Assembly (NCBI GenBank): GCA_024704765.1
Contig: JAKMXF010000144.1
Location: forward strand, 620,001-684,000
Direction: 5' to 3'
Origin: Oopsacas minuta
Taxonomy: Eukaryota; Animalia; Porifera
Length of the DNA: 64,000 bases
In this document: positions 23,901 to 35,900 of the stretch, piece after piece
Layout of the letters: the number at the start of each line of letters is the position of its first letter
Position numbering within the stretch: the first letter of the stretch is position 1
Notes under the pieces: model-generated
The model's input: the letters and a program-made list of their open reading frames with translations, nothing else
The model's database searches: none
What the model was told of the DNA's origin: nothing
Translations under genes and position numbers: made by a program

Positions 23901-26900
23901 CAGACATTCTGTATTATTAACTTATCTAAAATTCTTTTAATATTAATTATATTATAACAATTCATTAATCATTTGTAGATATTTCATATGATTCTCGTTA
24001 CGTAATACAATCAAGAATCTTTGTTTTTCTTAACGAATTTCGCATTAACCGAAATTATTTTAATATTTGCATTTAAGAGAACTTACTACTTCTATATCGT
24101 AAAGATTGTTTATACTTATCCAGAATTTGTAATAACGATATTCCTTCATAATTTGGAGTCTTTCAAAGGGTAATTACTAATGCAAATGAAGGATGGTGTT
24201 ATGTGTGTGTGAAGAGTGTAACAGGTCCATTTCTTCGTATTACAAATTTTCATATATCGTGACGCACAGAGGAAGGTAGTGTGTCAAAATTTTGGAAATT
24301 TAGAGTTACGTAACGTTTGAACGGCACCTTGATATCAATAAATATTCATTACTTAAGTTAGAAAGAGCTGATGATGTTTTCAAACATGCACACACATAAC
24401 TACAAATCTAAATATTCTATTCTAAACAAAACATACTAACCTATACAGAACTTAGCTAGTATAGCAGCTAATAACTAGTCAGTATAGCTACATTATACAT
24501 ACATTCTTCAGAGAAGAGGGCTTGTGAAAGACATTTCCTTTTCAAGCTCTATTATTTCTGATTTTATCTTTTCCAGTGCTTCCTCTGGATTGACTTTCTT
24601 GTGATTAACCGCTTCAGGTCGAGACATAGTCTGAGACATCCTCACTACAATATATTGTATTAGGAATGTTTCTATTTCGAATGGTGTACAATGTTCGTGT
24701 CTGGACTTCTTTTGCTGTTTTATGAGTTCTAAATAGTTGTATGTGCTATCAACATCAAAGTATGGTGCTATTCTCTTCAATTCTGTTAGATTTGATTGAA
24801 CTTTGATTTGCCACTCTAATGCTTCCTTCGTTAGCTTTGTATACTCATTGGTACAATTCTTTATGTCAGCTTCAATATGAGTCAATTGTGCCTTTGCTTG
24901 ATCGAATATTACTTTCTTGTTATAGTTCCTGTTTTGTTTGGTAGTTTGTTTCTCTTCAATAATGTAAGGATGATCCTCGTGATATTTGGCTGAACACTTG
25001 TGTGGACAATACTGGCAGTTTCCGTTTATGTCGAAAGCTTCACATTCCTTTTTATCTTTTTTGAGACAATCAGCATGACACGTGAATACGCACACAGTGC
25101 AGTACGTAGTATTTTTCTTAGTTGCTTCAGAATATTTGATTGTTGATGTCTCTTCCGTATAGTAATTCGTGTTATCTCGTATTATCCCTTGTTTTATGGA
25201 TTTCTCATCTTCAAGTTTCTGACACTTGATCGTATGTCCCTTCATTAGGTCTAGGCTCCCCAAGAACCCTTTACTGTTAACATTCAGTTGATGTTTTTGT
25301 TCCAGAATGTTATTATTAGAATATTCTAATTGTATTACCTTTCTAGCATGAAGCTTGTCAATGAAGTTATTAATTAACTTCATATTTCTATCCCAGAACA
25401 GTTTGCTTATTTGAGGCATGCTAGATTCTCTCTCAAACATTACTCCATTATTGATAGTGTATACCTGTTGAGGTAGGAAAGGAAATGTATACTCTGTTAA
25501 GTCAGGTAGTATTTCTTCATAATGAGATGGAAATGTGAGGAATAGGTAGACATATGGTATGATCTCTTTCCCGAAGTAGGACAACATTTGGTTGAAGAGA
25601 TACTTCTTCACTTGCTTTGTCTTCTCGCTACTTTTCTTACTTATCACATCATTATACTTCTCAACAACCACTACAGCATCTAGATGTTGTATTTTGTGTA
25701 GAAAGTCTGCTATGGATTTAGATATGTTCATGTCATGTTCAAATCCGTTAGTATTGGAAAACCCAGGTGTATCCCAGAACACGTAGCTGTTGGTAGAATG
25801 CTTCACCTCCAGTTTATAGCCTTGTATTGCATCAGTTAAACTGGTACCTGTTTGCTCTTCATTATCTATAGCTTTGAATCTGAATTGGGTGGATTGCTCC
25901 ATTTTGAGAAGAACGTTAGCAATAGAGTTAATAAGTGCACTCTTACCACATCCTGTCTCTCCTAGGATCAGTATCTGCTTGACTGTATCTTCTTGATTTG
26001 CAAAACCACTTTGAGTGATTTGGCATGACAGTAGTTTGGTATTCATTTTGTTTTGCTGCTTTTGTTTACCTTCTGCAAGTGCTAACTCTATTATGACCTG
26101 TTGGTTGTATGTTTTGATGCTAGACTGAGCTAGATCTTCATTATGTACTACTATACCTCCAATAATTGGTACACCATATCGCTTGTAATTCTCTAACAGC
26201 TGTAGGAAATCTGTTCTTGTATCTTGACATGTTATCTTCAAATCTTCTTTTAATTCTTTGTCTGTTAAGGAAAGAAGAATGTCTCCTTTAATGTCACCTA
26301 AATCTTCAAAGTTTATTTTCTTGAACTCGTTTGGAAATGTGAATTCAAGGATCGATTTCGTTTGAGTCTCAGTCAGATCTTCTACTTTCACAAATGTGCA
26401 TTGTTCTGTCATCTTCTAATGTCTCAGATAATTTGTGCTAGTTCATTTACCATAACAAGAATTAATATTTTGATATTTGATTGCACTTTTTTGGAATTAT
26501 TCGACATTACCGACGAATTCAAGCCACCTTCCTTTGTTTAATTAATACCGTATTATCCTGAATACGCGCCGAGGCGCCCGAGGCTTATTCAGGGAAATAC
26601 AGTATTGATATGTATATACGTACAGTTTGAATATATTTCTTACTGATTGAATATATAAGGGATGGACTCTACTAGTCCTTCTAAGCTCAGTGACTACTAC
26701 CTGAGCTAACATACTAGTAAACTAATCTATATAGCACTAAGATGAGTACATAATTACCTTATTGAGAATTCTAAGCAGATCCTCTCTAAAAAGGAGACAA
26801 GATCTCTTACAATATCTTTGAGGGTGCTAACTCCATCATTGATTCCGCTGTTAGACTCTCACTCTGCAATTGTATTTGCTCTTGCTTGGCAATTTTTTCA

Positions 26901-29900
26901 TACTGAATTGCCTTCTGTTGGTTCCCGCGTTTTGCTTCTGCCTCTGATATGGTCGTGAAATACTTGTACATATCTAGTGAGTAGTTTTGTATTGCTGTAT
27001 TCTTGAGACTCTGTATTTGATCTTTAATTTGTCTAAGTAATTTGTTAATATTTTCTTGAGCTTTAGCTGTCTCCCTCTCAAGTTCCACTCTCTCTTTGTC
27101 ACAGATGGAAAGTTCTTTGGTCGCATCATCAAAGAGTTGTTTGTCATCATCCTTGACAAATTCTTCACTTTCTACTATTTCGTCTTTGTAGATGATAGGC
27201 TCATTACTGTGCCAATCCCATTTACATCCTTTTGGACAGATTCTACAATACCCATCTGTCATTGCCCAGCATCCTGCTTTATCACTATTGTTTGGAATGC
27301 TGCAATTTTCATGACATGTGTGGGTGCATTTTCTGCAGAATGTTGTTATGTTCTTGGTAGGAACTGGTACCTTTGTATGTGCTGTAACTTTCTTTTTAAA
27401 CTGCTCCATGTTCTCAACCTTACTTTTTACAGCTTTCAGTTTCATTAAGTTCTCTTTACTATTTTTCTTAATTTCAAGAGCTTCGTCTAACTCAGAAGTG
27501 ATAGCATTGATATTCATTTTTAGCTTTTCTCTATCTCCTATGACTGCTTTAGTTGTTGTTAAGCTAAATGCATGTTGATGGTCGACATCTCTGAAGAATT
27601 TTCCAATGCTATCAATTGTATACTCCCAATACATTTTTGTACATTCAGTCCTTTGTGAGGGATTTTTGAATAGATCTTTGTTATTGAAGGCGAACCAGCG
27701 GTTTTCATCGAATGGAAAATTACTTTTTTCTAACGCACTTAGCATCTCAGGACGATTCCCATCCCCGAATGTAGCCAGTAAATATATATTTTCTTTCGCT
27801 TCTTTCCCGAAGAATAACAGTACTCTATCAATGATGTACTTTTGTATGTCTGTTAGTCTGTTCACGTTATCCTTTACTACAAAACATACTGCATGACATT
27901 CATCTTCTATTTTGAGTAGTTCATTGATTTGTTCTTTTATCATTTCATCTCTTTCTATCCCTTGCGTATTCCCAAATCCTGGAGTATCCCAAATTTGAAT
28001 GTCATATCCTAACAGAGTATCCTCTATTAGGTATCCAGAGATATCTGTTGTTTGACTGATACTCTGATCGCCTGCACTATCAACTTCATCAATGACTAGC
28101 TTGAATCTCAATGGATCATCCATCTCTACCCCAGCTGCATAGTTAACAAACGCATTCAGAAGTGTACTCTTCCCTGTTCCCGTTTCTCCCATAATGATTA
28201 TCTTCCTCAAGTTCTTGCTTGATGATTGCTTATATTCGCTTATTGATGTCTTCTTTGCTGGGAATGCATATATATCCAATCCTCGTATACATTCCTTTAC
28301 AATCTTTGTGCTCTTGTTTACAAATTCATCAAATATTGTTCTTTTTGGCTTTTCAATAATGTTTCTATCTGGTGTTATCCTGAATAATTTTACTATAGCT
28401 TTTCTAGTTTCCGTTGTTATCCTGAATGGTAGTTGATGGGCTAGTGTATTATGGAATCTGATGATGCTGTTAATGGTAATATCCCAATATTGTTTAGCTG
28501 CGCTGCTCCTTTCAGATTTAGATTTAAACAAATCTGCATTGTTGAATGCGAAAAAGCAGTTTTCATCGAATGGGAATTTGCTCTTCATTGACTGGCTTAT
28601 ATCCTTTGGACAATCTTCGTCACCGAATCTAGCGAGTACGTATGTGTTCATTTCTGCTTTTCTCTTGAATAATTGTTGTATACTATCAATGATGATCTTT
28701 TGTGTGTCTGTCAGTCTGTCTACGCTTGGATTGATCACAAAACAAATTGCATGAAATTCATCAATATTAAACAGGTCATCAATTTGTTGTTTTATCTTTT
28801 CATCTCCATCCCCAAACTCTGGAGTGTCCCATATCATGATAGGATATTCCAAAAAAGTATCTTCAATGAGATATCCAGATATCTCCCTTGTAAGAGATTC
28901 ATTTTCATGATTAACTAACTTGAATCTTAATGGATCCTCCATCTCTATTCCAGCTGCATAATTAATGAATGCATTAATTAGTGTGCTTTTCCCACTTCCA
29001 GTTTCTCCCATCATGATTATATTTTTCAGGTTCTCCTTTGTTACCTTTTGATAATGACTGACTGATATTTTCTCTGCTGGAAAGGTATACATGTCCAATT
29101 TATTGCTACATTGATTTAGAATTTTCGTACTTTTTCCTTTCCAAGTTTTCAATATTGATTTTTCCAGTGTTCTATCAGGTTTTGAATGTTCTACTTCAGC
29201 CATTACAGTTTATTGTTTGCAATCGCTAAGTTGTTATCTAGTAGATAATATGATATTGTTATCCTTTGAATTTATTATTTAAATATCTTCGAGTCAGTTA
29301 CATCATACAATCCAATCGAATTTGGGATTAATAGTATATGCCTTGTTGTTGGTAATGTGCATGTGTATTTGATAGAAATTTCCTGTGTACATTACAGAGA
29401 CAGTGACTGATAAACGAAACTCAAAAATCCAATGTAGCAATTTTTTTAAAGTTGAAATATAATTTGATTGAATTTTTTGTTTTTTGTGCAAAAGTTCATC
29501 TATAATTTTATTATGACATCATTGAGTAATTTGGTAATTCGTTATTCTATGAGTATAAGTTTTCTAATGAATTGTTTGTAAAGAATTTTTTGTCTTTATA
29601 TATTCAGATTACCTTTATGTAATATTTTTGGGAATTCGAAGGAATATATAATTATCTATTGTCTCTCCTTTTATATTCGTACTTGTGTCGCTATTTTTTG
29701 CTTATTTTTTGCTTATTATTTGCTATATTTTCATTTTTGCTAATTATTCCTATTATTTTAAATAATTGTGAGGTTATTTGTGGTAACTTTTGCTAACGAT
29801 AATTGAACATTTGAGAATACTCAGACATTCTGTATTATTAACTTATCTAAAATTCTTTTAATATTAACTATGTTATAACAATTCATTAATCATTTGTAGA

Positions 29901-32900
29901 TATTTCATATGATTCTCGTTACGTAATACAATCAAGAATCTTTGTTTTTCTTAACGAATTTCGCATTAACCGAAATTATTTTAATATTTGCATTTAAGAG
30001 AACTTACAACTTCTATATCGTAAAGATTGTGTATACTTATCCAGAATTTGTAATAATGATATCCCTTCATGATCCTGAGTCTTTCAAACGGTAATTACTA
30101 TTGCAGATGAAGGATGGTGTTGTGTGTGTGTGCATGATGTAACAGGTCCATTTCTTCGTATTACAAAGTTTCAAAAATCTTGACACACAGAAGAAGGTAG
30201 AGTGTCAAAATTTTGTAAATTTAGAGCTAGAGTTACGTAACGTTTGAACGGCACCTTATTATCAATAATTATTCATTACTTAAGTTAGAAAGAGCTGATA
30301 ATGTTGTCAAACACACACACATAACTACAAATCTAAATATTCTATTCTAAACATAACATACTAACCTATACAGAACTTAGCTAGTATAGCAGCTAATAAC
30401 TAGTCAGTATAGCTACATTATACATACATTCTTCAGAGAAGAGGACTTGTGAAAGACATTTCCTTTTCAAGCTCTATTATTTCTGATTTTATCTTTTCCA
30501 GTGCTTCCTCTGGATTGACTTTCTTGTGATTAACCGCTTCAGGTCGAGACATAGTCTGAGACATCCTCACTACAATATATTGTATTAGGAATGTTTCTAT
30601 TTCGAATGGTGTACAATGTTCGTGTCTGGACTTCTTTTGCTGTTTTATGAGTTCTAAATAGTTGTATGTGCTATCAACATCAAAGTATGGTGCTATTCTC
30701 TTCAATTCTGTTAGATTTGATTGAACTTTGATTTGCCACTCTAATGCTTCCTTCGTTAGCTTTGTATACTCATTGGTACAATTCTTTATGACAGCTTCAA
30801 TTTGAGTCAATTGTACCATTGCTTGATCGAATTTTATTTTCTTGTCGTTATTCACGTTTTGTTTGGTAGTTTGTTTCTCTTCAACAATGTAAGGAAAAGC
30901 CTCGTGATGTTTGGCTGGACACTTCTTTGGACAATACTGGCATTTTCCGTGTTTGTCGAAAGCTTCACATTCCTTTTTATCTTTTTTGAGGCAATCAGCA
31001 TGACACGTGAATATACACACAGTGCAGTACGTAGTATTTTTCTTAGTAGGTACTGAATATTTGATTGTTGATGTCTCTTCTGTATAGTAATTCGTGTTAT
31101 CCCGTATTATCCCTTCTTTTATGGATTTCTCATCTTCAAGTTTCTGACACTTGATCGTATGTCCCTTCATTTTGTCTAAGCTTCCGAAGAACCATTTGCT
31201 GTTAACATTCAGTTGATGTTTTTGTTCTAGAATGTTATTATTAGAATATTCTAATTGTATTCCCTTTCTAGCATGAAGCTTGTCAATGAAGTTACTGATT
31301 AACTTCATATTTCTATCCCAGAACAGTTTGCTTATTTGAGGCATGCTAGATTCTCTCTCAAACATTACTCCATTATTGATAGTGTATACCTGTTGAGGTA
31401 GGAAAGGAAATGTATACTCTGTTAAGTCAGGTAGTATTTCTTCATAATGAGATGGAAATGTGAGGAATAGGTAGACATATGGTATGATCTCTTTCCCGAA
31501 GTAGGACAACATTTGATTGAAGAGATAGTTCTTCACTTGCTTTGTCTTCTCGCTACTTTTCTTGCTTAACAGATCATTGTACTTCTCAACAACCACTACA
31601 GCATCTAGATGTTGTATTTTGTGAAGAAAGTCTGCTATGGATTTGGATATGTTCATGTCGTGTTCAAATCCGTTAGTATTGGAAAACCCAGGTGTATCCC
31701 AGAACATGTAGCTGTAGGTAGAATGCTTTACCTCCAGTTTATAGCCTTGTATTGCATCAGTTGAACTGGTACCTGTTTGCTCTTCATTATCTATTACTTT
31801 GAATCTGAATTGGGTGGATTGCTCCATTTTGAGAAGAACGTTAGCAATAGAGTTAATAAGTGCACTCTTACCACATCCTGTCTCTCCTAGGATCAGTATC
31901 TGCTTGACTGTATCTTCTTGATTTGCAAAACCACTTTGAGTGATTTGGCATGACAGTAGTTTGGTATTCATTTTGTTTTGCTGCTTTTGTTTACCTTCTG
32001 TAAGTGCTAACTCTATTATGACCTGTTGGTTGTATGTTTTGATGCTAGACTGAGCTAGATCTTCATTATGTACTACTATACCTCCAATAATTGGTACACC
32101 ATATCGCTTGTGCTTCTCTACCAGCTGTAGGAAATCTGTTCTTGTATCTTGACATGTTATTTTCAAATCTTCTTTTAATTCTTTGTCTGTTAAGGAAAGA
32201 AGAATGTCTCCGTTAATATCACCTAAATCTTCAAAGTTTATTTTCTTGAACTCGTTTGGAAATGTGAATTCAAGGATCGATTTCGTTTGAGTCTCAGTCA
32301 GATCTTTTACTTTCACAAATGTGCATTGTTCTGTCATCTTCTAATGTCTCAGATAATTTGTGCTAGTTCATTTACCATAACAAGAATTAATATTTTGATA
32401 TTTGATTGCACTTTTTTGGAATTATTCGACATTATCGATGAATTCAAGCCACCTTCCTTTGTTTAGTTAATACCATTTTGTCCTGAATACGCGCCGAGGC
32501 GCCCGAGGCTTATTCAGGGAAATACAGTATTGATATGTATATACGTACAGTTTGAATATATTTCTTACTGATTGAATATATAAGGGATGGACTCTACTAG
32601 TCCTTCTAAGCTCAGTGACTACTACCTGAGCTAACATACTAGTAAACTAATCTATATAGCACTAAGATGAGTACATAATTACCTTATTGAGAATTCTAAG
32701 CAGATCCTCTCTAAAAAGGAGACAAGATCTCTTATAATATCTTTGAGTGTGATAACTCCATCATTGATTCCGCTGTTAGACTCTCATTCTGCATCTGTAT
32801 TTGCTCTTGCTTGGCAAGGTTTTCATACTGGATTGCCTTCTGTTGGTTTCCGCGATTTGCTTCTGCCTCTGATAAGGTCATGATATAACTGTACACATCT

Positions 32901-35900
32901 TTTGAGTAGTTAAGTATTGCTGTATTCTTGAGACTCTGTATTTGATGTTTAATTTGTCCAAGTAATTTGTTCATATTTTCTTGAGCTTTAGCTTTCTCCC
33001 TCTCAAGTGACCGTTTCATTTCTTCATAGATGGAAAGTTGTTTGGTCGCATCATCAAACTTTTGTTTCACATCCTTGACAATTTCTTCTTTTTCTACTAT
33101 TTCCTCTTTGTAGATGTAAGGCTCATTCTGGTGCCAATTCCATTTACATCTACCTGGACAGATTCTACAATACCCATCTGTCATTGCCCAGCATCTTGCT
33201 TTATCACTCTTGTTTGGAATGCCGCAAGTTTCATGACAAGTGTGGGTGCATTGTATGCAGAATGTTGTTATGTTCATGGTAGGAACACTTACTTTTTTGT
33301 GTGCTGTGACTTTCTTTTTAAACTGCTTCGTGCGTTCAATCTGACCTTTTTCAGCTTCTAGTTTCCTTAAGTTCTCTTCGCAAGTATTCTCGATTACAAG
33401 AGCTTTGTCTAACTCAGTTTTGATAGCATTGATATTCATTTTTAGCTTTTCTCTATCTTCTATGACTGCTTTAGTTGTTGTTAAGCTAAAGGCATGTTGA
33501 TGACCGACATCTCTGAAGAATTTTCCAATGCTATCAATTGTATTATCCCAATACATTTTAGTGAATCCAGTCCTTTGTGAGGGATTTTTGAATAGATCTG
33601 CGTTATTAAAGGCGAACCAGCGTTTTTCATCGAATGGAAAATTACTTTTTTCTAACGCACTTAGCATCTCAGGACGATTCCCATCCCCGAATGTAGCCAG
33701 TAAATATATATTTTCTTTCGCTTCTTTCCCGAAGAATAACAGTACTCTATCAATGATGTACTTTTGTATGTCTGTCAGTCTGTTCACGTTAGCCTTCACT
33801 ACAAAACATACTGCATGACATTCATCTTCTATTTTGAGTAGTTCATTGATTTGTTCTTTTATCATTTCATCTCTTTCTATCCCTTGCGTATCCCCAAATC
33901 CTGGAGTATCCCAAATTTGAATGTCATATCCTAACAGAGTATCCTCTATTAGATATCCAGAGATATCTGTTGTTTGACTGATACTCTGATCGCCTGCTCT
34001 ATCAACTTCATCAATGACTAGCTTGAATCTCAATGGATCATCCATCTCTACCCCAGCTGCATAGTTAACAAACGCATTCAGAAGTGTACTCTTCCCTGTT
34101 CCTGTTTCTCCCATAATGATTATCTTCTTCAAGTTCTTGCTTGATGATTGCTTATATTCGCTTATTGATGTCTTCTTTGCTGGGAATGCATATATATCCA
34201 ATCCTGGCATACATTCCTTTTCAATCTTTGTGCTCTTTCTCTTGAATTCGTTCAAGACTGTTTTATTTTGTTTTTGTGTTATATCGCCTTCATATTGTAT
34301 GAGGTCCAGAGGTACTCCCTTTTTCCTATATTCAGCTATTTTCTTTAAAAAGAGTTTTCTTTTAATGCTACTTTTAACTTTTAACTCATTTTTGAGAGTT
34401 TTATCATCTATGACATTGAATATTTCCCCTGTTACTTCTCCATAATTCCCTGATAACAATAGTTGTGTGATACTTTGGAATTTCATTTGCCCCAGCAAAT
34501 GTTGTGTTTCTTTTTCAGTTAGTTTGTTCAATTCTTTAGTTTTCGTACAGGAAGCCATCTATGTTGTATCTAAAATTTGTTTTAATTCATTCATAATTAT
34601 ATGACTTAAAGTGCACATCTAGACCCCAAATCTTTCTATAATGAGATACCATTTATGACCGCACAGATCACTCGCATACTACGTATTCAGGTATAGTGCA
34701 ATGATAATTCACACCTGCCAACCGTACAGGGATTTTAGTTGATACAATTAGTGAGTCTAATAATACATAACACGTGTACATTTGTGTGTGTAAATTAACA
34801 ATTCTTATTCAAGAGTACAAAGATCCTCTGTACAATCTGTGTTTCACAACTCAGTTGCTTCTGGTTAAAACTAGATTTCATAAACTCAAGCCTTCTTATA
34901 CCGGGCTCTTACTCTACGCATTTTAACCAACTAATATTTGACCATTTCAGAGGTTAAGAGTTATATGTATTATCTGAGGTATGCACTCTAATCGAATTTG
35001 GCTAAATCCATTGTATATTGAACATGGATTTTGCTAACCTCAGCAACCTGGATTGCTATATACAAAATCCTAGCAAACTCATGATCCTCGTCACCAAAAA
35101 GGTTGCTGGAAATTTCTATGTAACAACCTAGGTTGCTGGGAAGTTTGTATATAGCAATATTGGTTAGGTAGACCTATTAGATATTTGTATTCTCTAAATG
35201 TAAAACTTAAGAAAAGAATTTATTACTTACTTAGACTTGTCTTTGGAATCTTTATTGGGAAAATATGTTTTCAGCGTTGAGTTTTATAATTTGTTAATAT
35301 TCCCAATTTCAAACTGGTATATATAGCAGTGTACTATAAATTTGTTTTGTGAATGACTCATTCGATATCTCTTTAGTATTATAGTAAAGTTTATTTTGTA
35401 GATAAACTATTAGAATGACTCATTCTAATAATAGCATAATTTCTTGAAACTTTTAGAATGACTCATTCTAATAGCTTATTTTGTTGGATCAAATTCAAAT
35501 TCATACACAGATAATATATTAGTTAATGTAACTCATTTTGAAAGCCACAAATACACTCACATACGTATATATACTGTATTTAGGTTTCGTATCTGATAGT
35601 GAGGTGGGTCAAGACGACATAGACTATCAATCTGATTCTCTGCTTCATGTCTCTTGGACTGGATTCTTTGACAGAGAATCTGGTGTATATTTCTACTTGT
35701 ATGGTTATTCAGACAGCTGTTTGACTACAGATGTGTTTGTATTGTTTGATAATTCAACGGTAAATAATCTTTATCCACATAATCTGTTTATTGTTTTGAT
35801 ATATTTTATTACAATATATTCTCTATTATAGCTGAACTTAACTTATTCAACTTTCGCATCATACGATGCTCCAACTCCAGGTCTCTATTACGTTACAGTA

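Larger units (their letters stand above)
21578..34230. repeat. Tandem segmental duplication of GTPase genes (units ~5.10 kb and ~5.93 kb plus a third partial unit)
   Basis: The TAAGCTCAG...GCAGATCCTCTCTAAAAAGGAGACA block recurs at 21578, 26682 and 32607. Type-B genes are offset by 5,925 bp; intergenic spacers are near-identical. Confidence 0.95.

Noticed and set aside
21978-34445. Numerous + strand ORFs repeated across the GTPase array
   Set aside because: Antisense shadows of the minus-strand GTPase genes, recurring only because the DNA is duplicated.
21703-34558. Prokaryotic operon or contaminant origin of the intronless, co-oriented GTPases
   Set aside because: Spacers are 0.4-1.2 kb with host-type MITEs, no Shine-Dalgarno pattern was noted, the array sits within a spliceable host intron, and other host genes (ISCU, PIGP, UBOX5) are also intronless. 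Ancient horizontal transfer cannot be excluded without phylogeny.
20830-35167. Family-C MITE copies bracketing the GTPase array as a composite transposon
   Set aside because: The left copy is in host intron 6, separated from the array by host exon 7 (21201-21420), so the two copies cannot bound a mobilised unit; no transposase or TSD seen.
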